From an uncultured bacterium (GTDB lineage Bacteria; Abyssobacteria; SURF-5): a DNA stretch of 10,347 bases. The notes under the pieces are model-generated. The model was not told the DNA's origin and did not search any database. It worked only from the letters and a program-made list of their open reading frames with translations. Location of the stretch: positions 1 to 10,347 of the forward strand of contig CAZEBC010000072.1 of assembly GCA_964510165.1 (NCBI GenBank). Reading direction: 5' to 3'. Shown here piece by piece: positions 1-7,335 of this stretch. A program made the translations under genes and the position numbers. Position 1 is the stretch's first letter, and every line of letters begins with the position of its first letter.

Positions 1-2709
1 GCACGCGATTTCAAAGAAGACATGGTTGAACTCCTGAACGCCTCGAAGTTCGGCGAGAAGGAATACACACCGTATCAGGTGTACCTAAAAGCGCTTTATG
101 AGTACTTCCATGATGAACTCGACAAGGAGTTCGTCCCCTCCGGACGCTCAATCATTGACCTCACCCTCTTTCAGGAGCATGCAGTCGAGAAAGCGCGAAA
201 AATTCTTGCCCGGTATGACGGAGTCATGGTAGCCGACTCGGTGGGCCTCGGAAAGACGTTCATCGGGAAAAAGTTGTTAGAGGATTTCGCGTATCACATG
301 AGGCAGAAGGCTATTGTGGTTTGTCCGGCCTCGCTTCGGAATATGTGGAGAGAAGAGCTTGCCGCAGCCTCTATCTCCGCCATAATCGTCTCACAAGAGG
401 AATTGGGACAGGCGGATTTCCCGTCTGAGAAATATGGCGATGCCGACGTGATACTCATTGATGAATCGCACAATTTCCGAAATAGGAGCGCTCAGCGATA
501 CGACAACATCGGCAGATTAATCGCCCACAATAACGGACGCGGGCGGGACGGCATGCGCAAGAAACTGATATTGATAACCGCAACGCCCATCAACAATGAT
601 TTGTTCGACCTGTATAACCAGATCAGCTTGTTCACGCAGGGAGACCGGAGCTATTTCTCCGCAGCGGGAATCGGTGATTTGCACCGATACTTCTTGAATG
701 CCCGGCGGGAAAGCAGTGCAGGCGACGGGGCGGTGGCGCTGTTCAATCTGCTCGAAGAGGTGGTGATACGGCGCACAAGGCCATTCATACGGCGGGCCTA
801 TCCTGAAGCGGTCATTCGGAAACGCAATGCAACGGGCGAGGTCGTAGAAGAAAAGGTGACGTTTCCGGAGCGCCGACTGAAGACGATTGAGTACGACCTC
901 GAATCAACATATGAGGGAATCTATGACGAGGTCGTTTTGGGTATCGAGAGCTTACAGCTTGCACCCTACAACCTGGAATCGTACAAGAAAGAGGGCGTGA
1001 AGGTTGACGAATTCGAGCAAGGCCGCGAGCAAGCCCTGGTCGGAATCTTCAAAAGCCGGTATCTGAAGCGGTTCGAATCGAGCATTGAGGCATTCAAGAT
1101 AAGCATTCAGCGCGCGCTGGAATTCCAGCAAACATTTGAGTCGTATATCCTTGGCGGAAAGGTGCTGAGAAGTTCTGATTTCCATAAGGCGCTGCGGTTT
1201 ATTTCCGCCGAAGAAGAGGAAGACGACGCCACGCCTGCCTCCAGGGCAGAAGAGCTTGATGCGAGCGAAGAAGCCCGCGCCGTGATGGGAGAGTTGGAAG
1301 AGGTTGACCCCGCAGAATACGACTTGAGGAAGCTTCACGAAGCGCTTCAGCATGACATCAGGATTCTTCAGAACATCTGGGAACGCGTCAAAAACATAAG
1401 GCCGGAAGATGATGCAAAGCTGGAACGGCTCAAGAAACTGTTGGCGGAAGACTTGATGGGCCGCAAAGTAATCATCTTCACGTACTACATGGACACAGCC
1501 AGGTACCTCTACCGCGAACTGGCAGGTGATAAGGCCAAGAAGTTCCTGAAGAAGCTTGGGAATCCCAATATCAGGCGGATGGATAGCAGAACGAAATCGA
1601 AAGACAGAGCTAGGATTGTGGAAGGCTTCGCACCGGAGGCGAACAATCGGCCAGAATGGAAGGGGACAGAGAACGAAATCGGCATCCTCATCTCGACTGA
1701 CGTGCTCTCGGAAGGGCAGAATCTGCAAGACTGCGGATATTTGGTAAACTACGACCTTCACTGGAACCCGACCCGAATGGTGCAAAGGGCCGGACGGATA
1801 GACAGAATCGGGACTAAGTTTGACACCCTCTGGATTCATAATATGTTTCCCGAGGAAGGTCTGGAAAGATTGCTTGGGCTGGTGGAGAGCCTTTCGCTGA
1901 AGATAGCGCAAATCGACAGAGCGGGTTTCTTGGATGCCAGTGTTTTGGGAGAAACTGTCCATCCGCGCAATTTCAATACGTTGAGACGCATTCGGGATGA
2001 AGACGGAACAGTGATTGACGAGCAGGAACGGTTTACTGAACTTGCGAGCAGCGAGTATATGCTTCAGCATTTGCGGTCAGTGCTGGATGCCGAGGGTAAG
2101 GAAGCGCTCGATTCCCTGCCGGATGGAATACACTCAGGCCTTGTGAAGAAGGGAGAAAAGGGTCTCTTCTTCTATTTTCAGGCTACGCTGCCGGGCGGGA
2201 AGGGGAAAACTCATTTTTGGAAATACTACGACCTGACGCAGAACCGAATCATTGATAACCGATATTTGATTGCCAACCTGATTGCGTGTGACCGAGACAC
2301 GGCGCGGGTTGTTGCAGATTATGACGTGTTCGGGATTCAAGAGAAGATCATCGAGGACATTCTGAAGAGCCATCGCGAGCAAAGGAGCTTGCAGGCTGCG
2401 CCAAAGATGGTGGACCCGCTACAACAAGTTGTTGCTACCACGCTGCAAGGATTCCTCAATCATCCGAACGTATCCCGCCAGAAGGTGATTCGGGCGATTC
2501 GCTACCTCAACACACCTCTCTCTGTGCCCCTCGTGAAAGAGTTACGGAAACTCCAAAATGAGTTTCAGCACAACGCTGTTGCGCTCATCGATGGAATCTG
2601 TTCGATGTCTGAGAAGTACGGCTCATCTGAGTCAGGAAGTTCGGAAGCTTTGCCGGAGCTTCGCCGCGAGGATTTGCGGCTCGTTTGCTTTGACTATGTT
2701 TCCAGCTAA
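1..2709 (+). CDS. SNF2/Rad54-like superfamily 2 helicase/ATPase, probably 5'-truncated (family often carries an N-terminal phospholipase D-like nuclease domain)
   Basis: The frame is open from base 1 (ARDFKED before the track's Met at 22) to TAA at 2707-2709. It shows Walker A ADSVGLGKT, motif Ia VVCPASL, Walker B IDESHNFRN, motif III LITATPINN, motif V STDVLSEGQNLQ and motif VI VNYDLHWNPTRMVQRAGRIDRIG. The PLD domain is inferred from family knowledge and is not in the window. Confidence 0.9.
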   Translation, partial: ARDFKEDMVELLNASKFGEKEYTPYQVYLKALYEYFHDELDKEFVPSGRSIIDLTLFQEHAVEKARKILARYDGVMVADSVGLGKTFIGKKLLEDFAYHMRQKAIVVCPASLRNMWREELAAASISAIIVSQEELGQADFPSEKYGDADVILIDESHNFRNRSAQRYDNIGRLIAHNNGRGRDGMRKKLILITATPINNDLFDLYNQISLFTQGDRSYFSAAGIGDLHRYFLNARRESSAGDGAVALFNLLEEVVIRRTRPFIRRAYPEAVIRKRNATGEVVEEKVTFPERRLKTIEYDLESTYEGIYDEVVLGIESLQLAPYNLESYKKEGVKVDEFEQGREQALVGIFKSRYLKRFESSIEAFKISIQRALEFQQTFESYILGGKVLRSSDFHKALRFISAEEEEDDATPASRAEELDASEEARAVMGELEEVDPAEYDLRKLHEALQHDIRILQNIWERVKNIRPEDDAKLERLKKLLAEDLMGRKVIIFTYYMDTARYLYRELAGDKAKKFLKKLGNPNIRRMDSRTKSKDRARIVEGFAPEANNRPEWKGTENEIGILISTDVLSEGQNLQDCGYLVNYDLHWNPTRMVQRAGRIDRIGTKFDTLWIHNMFPEEGLERLLGLVESLSLKIAQIDRAGFLDASVLGETVHPRNFNTLRRIRDEDGTVIDEQERFTELASSEYMLQHLRSVLDAEGKEALDSLPDGIHSGLVKKGEKGLFFYFQATLPGGKGKTHFWKYYDLTQNRIIDNRYLIANLIACDRDTARVVADYDVFGIQEKIIEDILKSHREQRSLQAAPKMVDPLQQVVATTLQGFLNHPNVSRQKVIRAIRYLNTPLSVPLVKELRKLQNEFQHNAVALIDGICSMSEKYGSSESGSSEALPELRREDLRLVCFDYVSS

Positions 2710-2735
2710 CTCGGGAGACTTGGTCGCGAAATATG

Positions 2736-2756
2736 TGTGGCCCAAACTGTGGCCCA
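2736..2756 (+). repeat. Tandem direct repeat TGTGGCCCA x2 (12-bp period), candidate integrase arm-type sites
   Basis: Exact copies at 2736-2744 and 2748-2756, with a partial third copy TGTGGCA at 2769-2775, about 120 bp inside the tRNA fragment. The repeat is seen directly; its role is inferred. Confidence 0.6.
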
Positions 2757-2873
2757 TGCCCCTGTATTTGTGGCAGTTCTTAGCGATTTCATGCTTTAGG
2801 TGGAAAGTTGTAACCTAATTATTTGCAGTTGGTTACGGAATGATGCGAAACATCGCAGAAGACCCTGGAATGT

Positions 2874-2915
2874 CTGGCAGTCAAAAGGTCGTGGGTTCGA
2901 TTCCCATCATCTCCA
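2874..2915 (+). mobile_element. 3' fragment of tRNA-Ala(GGC); probable attR core of an integrative element
   Basis: Anticodon loop CTGGCAG (2874-2880), 3' anticodon stem TCAAA, variable loop AGGTC, T arm GTGGG-TTCGATT-CCCAT, acceptor 3' strand CATCTCC with U70 (Ala G3:U70 determinant) and discriminator A at 2915, followed by CTA. The upstream bases (AATGT) cannot pair with TCAAA and no D arm or 5' acceptor strand is present. Confidence 0.85.
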
Positions 2916-2934
2916 CTACATAACTCCTCGCGTC

Positions 2935-2973
2935 GCGGCCACTTGGAAGAGCGCCCAAGTGGCCGCTTCCTTT
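2935..2973 (+). terminator. Rho-independent terminator
   Basis: Perfect 12-bp stem GCGGCCACTTGG (2935-2946) / CCAAGTGGCCGC (2955-2966), 8-nt loop, followed by TTCCTTT, about 20 nt after the tRNA 3' end. Confidence 0.7.
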
Positions 2974-3088
2974 GAGCCTGCCAGAACTCAATACGCCATC
3001 GCTGCGCTCTCACTTGCGCGGTCCAATCTGCTCATGCGCGCGGGCTTCGGCCCGCGCGCATGTGGTGAATGCAATCTTGCAGGCTCAA
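2972..3088. mobile_element. MITE-like miniature element with terminal inverted repeats and internal hairpin
   Basis: TTGAGCCTGCCAGA (2972-2985) and TCTTGCAGGCTCAA (3075-3088) are inverted repeats matching at 13/14 positions. Inside is a perfect 13-bp stem CATGCGCGCGGGC-TTCG-GCCCGCGCGCATG (3033-3062). No target-site duplication is evident. Confidence 0.5.
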
Positions 3089-3145
3089 CCAGGGCGGCTC
3101 CGACGGACAACCCGACCGGCCTGCTTGGGGGATGACGGGAGATTA

Positions 3146-3154
3146 TGCTATACT
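3146..3154 (+). promoter_or_regulatory. Candidate extended -10 promoter (TGcTATACT) for the carboxylase operon
   Basis: TG-n-TATACT about 40 nt upstream of ATG 3195; Shine-Dalgarno AGGAG at 3181-3185; no convincing -35. Confidence 0.45.
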
Positions 3155-3194
3155 GGCGCTTGCTATTGGTGAGTGGTGAAAGGAGAAAGATGGC

Positions 3195-4745
3195 ATGGGC
3201 GAATGGATAAACGGCTACCTTGCGAGGCTCCAGACATGCCGGCAGGAAAACCTCGCGGCGGGAGGGCAGGACCGTGTGGAGTTGCAGCACAGTCTTGGCA
3301 AGCTTACCGCGCGAGAGCGTATCGAATATCTGGCCGACCCCGGCACATTCGAGGAGCTTGGCTCACTCGTTCGCGAGTTTCGGGCGTTCCCGGACAGCGG
3401 AACCAAGCCGAGTCCCGGGGATGGTGTCGTCATGGGAATGGCCAAGGTGAACGGCAGGCCGGTCATGGTTTATTCCATGGATTTCACCGTGATGTCCGGC
3501 TCTTTCGGCGACCAGGGCGTATGGAAGATCGCCGAACTGGTTCAGATGGCGGGACAGGAACAGATGCCGATCATTGGCATTTTCGATTCCGCCGGAAGCC
3601 GTGTCAGCATTAAGAAGGGTTACGTCGGTCAGTTTGGCATCGCGCGTGTCCTCAAGAATTATTGTTATTATTCCGGGATAATTCCTCGAATCGCTCTGGT
3701 GCTGGGACCATGCACCGGACCGATGGCAAAGGTGCCTGTCCTGTCGGATTTCCTGATAATGAACAGCAAGACGGGGTTCTTGTGGCTAGGCGGTGAGGTC
3801 GAGTCCGAAGACGCAGGCACAGCCGATTTCCACATGACCAAATCCGGCCAGTGTCATCTTGTGGCTGACAACGACCAGGAAGCAATCGCCCTGTGCAAAA
3901 AACTGTTGGAGTTCATCCCGCAGAACTGCTGGGGGCGGCCTGCCGCGATCGAGCCTACCGACGACCCGAACAGGAGAGAAGAAGCCCTGCTCGACGTGAT
4001 GCCCGATAATGTCCGGTTCACGTATGACATCCATGAGATTCTCGACCTGATCGTGGACGACGGAGAGTTCTTTGAATTGCAGGAGGACTTCTCCCCCAAC
4101 CTGGTCATCGGCTTCGCGCGGTTCGATGGTATGGTTGCCGGCATCGCTGCGAGCAATCCGGACGAGATGAGCGGCATCATGGAGCCGAACGCCTCCGACA
4201 AGTACGACCGGTTTCTGATGTTTCTCGACTGCTTCAATATTCCGTTGGTCACCATATCCGACACGACGGCGTTTCCCCCAGGCGACCGATGGGAGCGCAT
4301 GGGGGTCATTCGCCACGGCGCCAAGAACCTCCACGGCTATTCTCACCTGACGACCCAGAAGGTCACCATGGTGTTGCGCCGCTCCTACGGCGGCTCCAAC
4401 ATCGTCATGGGATGCAGCAAGATGGGGCCCGATTTCATCTACGGCTGGCCGACCACGGAGTTCGCGCCCACCGGTCCGGAGATGATGGTGCACGCCGTCT
4501 TCCATAAGGAACTGGCCAAGGCGAAGGAAGCGGGTAATTATGACGAGCTTTTCGAATTTTATGTAAGCATCCTTCGCGAGATGTTCAGTGTGATGACGAT
4601 GGGCAAGCTCTTCACCACGTGGTACACAGTCCACGAGGTAATCGACCCCAGGGATACGCGTTCTCGCATCATCAAGGCGCTCCACGCATCGGTCAACAAG
4701 CAGGAACAGTTGCCGGAGAAGAGACGCTACATCAAACCCGCATGA
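3195..4745 (+). CDS. Acyl-CoA carboxylase carboxyltransferase beta subunit (PccB/MccB superfamily), paralog 1
   Basis: 516 aa. Motifs QHSLGKLTARERIEYLADPGTFEE, GDGVVMG, DFTVMSGSFG, GFARFDG, RRSYGGS, WPTTEFAPTGPE and EVIDPRDTR. RBS AGGAG. The N-domain GG motif is altered (GPCTGPMAK). Confidence 0.92.
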   Translation: MGEWINGYLARLQTCRQENLAAGGQDRVELQHSLGKLTARERIEYLADPGTFEELGSLVREFRAFPDSGTKPSPGDGVVMGMAKVNGRPVMVYSMDFTVMSGSFGDQGVWKIAELVQMAGQEQMPIIGIFDSAGSRVSIKKGYVGQFGIARVLKNYCYYSGIIPRIALVLGPCTGPMAKVPVLSDFLIMNSKTGFLWLGGEVESEDAGTADFHMTKSGQCHLVADNDQEAIALCKKLLEFIPQNCWGRPAAIEPTDDPNRREEALLDVMPDNVRFTYDIHEILDLIVDDGEFFELQEDFSPNLVIGFARFDGMVAGIAASNPDEMSGIMEPNASDKYDRFLMFLDCFNIPLVTISDTTAFPPGDRWERMGVIRHGAKNLHGYSHLTTQKVTMVLRRSYGGSNIVMGCSKMGPDFIYGWPTTEFAPTGPEMMVHAVFHKELAKAKEAGNYDELFEFYVSILREMFSVMTMGKLFTTWYTVHEVIDPRDTRSRIIKALHASVNKQEQLPEKRRYIKPA

Positions 4746-4758
4746 CTGTCTTGTAACT

Positions 4759-4810
4759 GCAGGGGCGCCCCAGCGGGGGTGCCCGGGCGGCCACAGAGGG
4801 CCGCCCCTAC
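4759..4810. repeat. Inverted doublet of GTAG-type REP palindromes
   Basis: + strand: GCAG-GGGCGCCCC-AGCG-GGGGTGCCC (4759-4784). - strand: GTAG-GGGCGGCC-CTCTGT-GGCCGCCC (4810-4785). The two copies abut tail to tail. Confidence 0.7.
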
Positions 4811-4858
4811 AACCGATGACCGGATTATGGGATAGTCTCGCATGGGAGGCTTTGAGAC

Positions 4859-6415
4859 ATGGGCGACAGAATGAAAGAAGCGATTGAGCGCTACCGGGCA
4901 ATCCAGGAGAAGAACAGGCTTGGCGGCGGCATTGAACATGTCGAGCGGCAACACGGCCGCGGCAAGCTGACCGCCCGGGAAAGAATCGACGTCCTCATTG
5001 ACCAGGGCACATTCGCCGAACTGGGAACGTGTGTGAACACCACCGGCGTCCGCATTGACGGCCGCTTCACGGACGCGCCGTGCGATGGCGCCGTCGTGGG
5101 CACAGCCAAGGTTCACGGCCGCACCATCATGATCTACTCGTCAGATTTCACCGTCCTCGGCGGCTCCATCGGCCAGCAGCATATCATGAAATATTGTCGC
5201 GTGCTGGAAATGGCGGCCGCATGGAACATCCCGCTGGTGAACCTCCTCGACTCTTCCGGCGGCCGGCTGGGGTATCGTGACGTGGCAATGGCCGGCATAG
5301 ATTGGATGTTCCGCCTCGAGTCGATATACTCGGGCGTCATCCCGCAGATTACCGTCCTGATGGGACCATGCATCGCAGGCGGCGCCTATCTGCCGACGCT
5401 TTGCGATTTCCTGTTGATGAGCCGAGTTTCCGGAAACCTGTGGCTCGGCGGCCCGCGCCAGACGGCCGCGGCCACCTCCGAGAAGATTGACCGCAATGTC
5501 GGCGGCGCCGATTATCACATGCAACTGAGCGGCACCTGCGACCTGGTCGGCGAGGACGACAAAGAAACCATCCTGGCCTGCCGCGAACTGCTCCGATATC
5601 TGCCGCAGAATTATAAGGAGAAACCGTCCGCATGGGAGAGGACCGACGACGCCAACCGCGACGTGCCAAGACTGCTTGACATCGTGCCCGATGACTTCAA
5701 TAAGACCTATGATATGCACGAGGTCATCCGGGAAGTGGTTGACAATGGCGACTTCTTTGAGATCAAGAACGAATACGCCAAGCAGCTCATCGCCGGCTAC
5801 TGCCGCTTCAACGGCGAAGTGGTCGGCCTGGTCGCCAACAACCCCGCCGAACCCGGCAGCATCTATGAAATCAACGCCTGCGACAAGTATTATCGCTTCC
5901 TGCAGACCCTCGACGCCTACAGCACTCCGTTGGTGAACCTGGTGGACACGCCGCCCACAGTTCCCGGCGAAAAAGAAGAAGCGAAGGGGCTGTTGCGGCA
6001 TATCGGCAAGATAGTGGACGTATACGCGACGGCCACCATCCCGAAGATAGGCGTGGTCCTGCGCGAGGCCTACTCCGACGCCGGCAGCATGATCGTGAGC
6101 GGAGTGAAAGGGTTGGGCGCAGACCTGACCTATGCATGGCCCATCGCCCGGTTCGCGGTTGAGGCTTCCGAATTGGACTACCGAAAAGTGTATGACAAGG
6201 GCATCGAGGAAGACGCCTATGAGGAATACCTGAACCGCTCACGCGAAAAGGTAGACGTTTTCGACGCGGCTCACTCTTGGACCGCCCAGGTGGTTGACGA
6301 GATCATCGAGCCTAAGGATACCCGCAAGAAGATTATCGAAGCGCTTGATATTGTCAGGAACAAGACGGAGAAACTCCCGCCCAGAGCCAAACAGCACGGC
6401 TCTTGTCCCACATGA
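4859..6415 (+). CDS. Acyl-CoA carboxylase carboxyltransferase beta subunit (PccB/MccB superfamily), paralog 2
   Basis: 518 aa. Motifs RQHGRGKLTARERIDVLID, DFTVLGGSIG, LLDSSGGRL, GPCIAGGAYLP (MccB-like xAGGAY), VDEIIEPKDTR and C-terminal KQHGSCP. RBS GGGAGG at 4844-4849. The C-domain YGG motif is altered (REAYSDAG). Confidence 0.92.
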   Translation: MGDRMKEAIERYRAIQEKNRLGGGIEHVERQHGRGKLTARERIDVLIDQGTFAELGTCVNTTGVRIDGRFTDAPCDGAVVGTAKVHGRTIMIYSSDFTVLGGSIGQQHIMKYCRVLEMAAAWNIPLVNLLDSSGGRLGYRDVAMAGIDWMFRLESIYSGVIPQITVLMGPCIAGGAYLPTLCDFLLMSRVSGNLWLGGPRQTAAATSEKIDRNVGGADYHMQLSGTCDLVGEDDKETILACRELLRYLPQNYKEKPSAWERTDDANRDVPRLLDIVPDDFNKTYDMHEVIREVVDNGDFFEIKNEYAKQLIAGYCRFNGEVVGLVANNPAEPGSIYEINACDKYYRFLQTLDAYSTPLVNLVDTPPTVPGEKEEAKGLLRHIGKIVDVYATATIPKIGVVLREAYSDAGSMIVSGVKGLGADLTYAWPIARFAVEASELDYRKVYDKGIEEDAYEEYLNRSREKVDVFDAAHSWTAQVVDEIIEPKDTRKKIIEALDIVRNKTEKLPPRAKQHGSCPT

Positions 6416-6468
6416 ACCGGATTCAAAACCGGGCGCGAAGCCGAGGTTGACACGACAGGAGGTCCCGA

Positions 6469-7335
6469 ATGAGTGACAAAGCCATACTCACATGCGCGCT
6501 TACCGGCGTCCTGACCAATCCCAATATGGGCAACATCCCGGTCACGCCCGAACAGATGGCCGAGGCCGCCGAACAAGCCTGGAACGAGGGCGCCGTCATT
6601 GTACACTGCCATTTCCGCGACCAGAGGCCGGGAATGGGCGCGTATCCCACTTGGGACGTTGCCATCGTCAAATCCATTATAGAGGCCATTCGCGCGCGAG
6701 TACCGGGCATCATCATCAACCAGAGCACCGGCGTGGTCGGACCCGACATCTCCGGCCCCGTGGCCTGTCTGGAAGCGATCAAACCCGAGATGGCCGCCTG
6801 CAACGCGGGGTCATTGAACTATCTGAAACTCAAGGAGGACGGCACGTGGGCCTGGCCGCCGATGATGTTCGATAATCCGGTCGAGAAGGTCAAGGCCTTC
6901 CTCGACGTGATGACTGCCAACGATGTCGTCCCCGAGTTCGAGTGTTTCGACTCCGGCATCGTCCGCAGTGTGGCCTTATACAAGAAGGCAGGCATGTTCC
7001 GAGGTGACCCGCACATCTCGTTGGTAATGGGCGTTGCGAGCGGCCAGCCGGCAAAACCGGAATGGATACCGCTCCTCAAGAACGAAATGCTGCCCGGCAC
7101 GCATTGGCAGGTGATCTGCGTCGGCCGGAAGGAAGTATGGGACCTCCAGCGAAAGGCGCTCGAAGAGGGCGGCAATGTGCGTACCGGCCTGGAGGACACC
7201 TTCTACCTTCCAAATGGCGAGAAGGCACGGAGTAACGGGGAACTGGTCGAAGCCCTGGCCAAAATCACGCGCGAAGTGGGTCGCGAAATCGCAACCGCAG
7301 AGGAAGCCAGCGCCATCCTCGGGATCAAGAGATAA
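6469..7335 (+). CDS. Beta-keto acid cleavage enzyme (BKACE / DUF849, 3-keto-5-aminohexanoate cleavage enzyme family)
   Basis: 288 aa. N-terminal ILTCALTG...IPVTPEQMA, Zn-binding HxH (HCHFRD, 6604-6612), NQSTG, PEMAACNAGSLN, PEFECFDSG, GNVRTGLEDT and REIATAEEA. RBS AGGAGG at 6457-6462. Confidence 0.92.
   Translation: MSDKAILTCALTGVLTNPNMGNIPVTPEQMAEAAEQAWNEGAVIVHCHFRDQRPGMGAYPTWDVAIVKSIIEAIRARVPGIIINQSTGVVGPDISGPVACLEAIKPEMAACNAGSLNYLKLKEDGTWAWPPMMFDNPVEKVKAFLDVMTANDVVPEFECFDSGIVRSVALYKKAGMFRGDPHISLVMGVASGQPAKPEWIPLLKNEMLPGTHWQVICVGRKEVWDLQRKALEEGGNVRTGLEDTFYLPNGEKARSNGELVEALAKITREVGREIATAEEASAILGIKR

Noticed and set aside
952-2070. 372-aa minus-strand ORF, and similar long antisense ORFs at 3786-4901, 5141-6001, 7553-8530 and 9015-9875
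   Set aside because: They lie opposite well-supported genes, show no recognisable motifs and are the expected shadow of codon bias in GC-rich coding DNA.
2736-2775. CRISPR-like repeat
   Set aside because: The repeats are only 9 bp with a 3-bp gap; there is no repeat-spacer periodicity and no cas gene in the window.
2840-2918. Complete functional tRNA-Ala gene
   Set aside because: No 5' acceptor strand, D arm or 5' anticodon stem; only the 3' half is present.
2800-3290. Short ORFs across the intergenic region (2800-3135, 2819-3013, 2972-3172, 2988-3290)
   Set aside because: They run through the tRNA fragment, terminator and inverted repeats, and have no protein-like features.
3195-6415. Either CT gene being a pseudogene, or a sodium-pumping decarboxylase alpha subunit
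   Set aside because: Both are full-length with RBSs and no frameshifts; a biotin carboxylase is present and no membrane beta subunit is in the window.
6404-6472. Possible selenocysteine read-through of the CT2 TGA (C-P-T-U, a CxxU-like motif, with the frame open to a TGA overlapping the BKACE start)
   Set aside because: The stop falls where this family normally ends (KHGNIPL-like terminus) and I see no convincing SECIS hairpin after the TGA.
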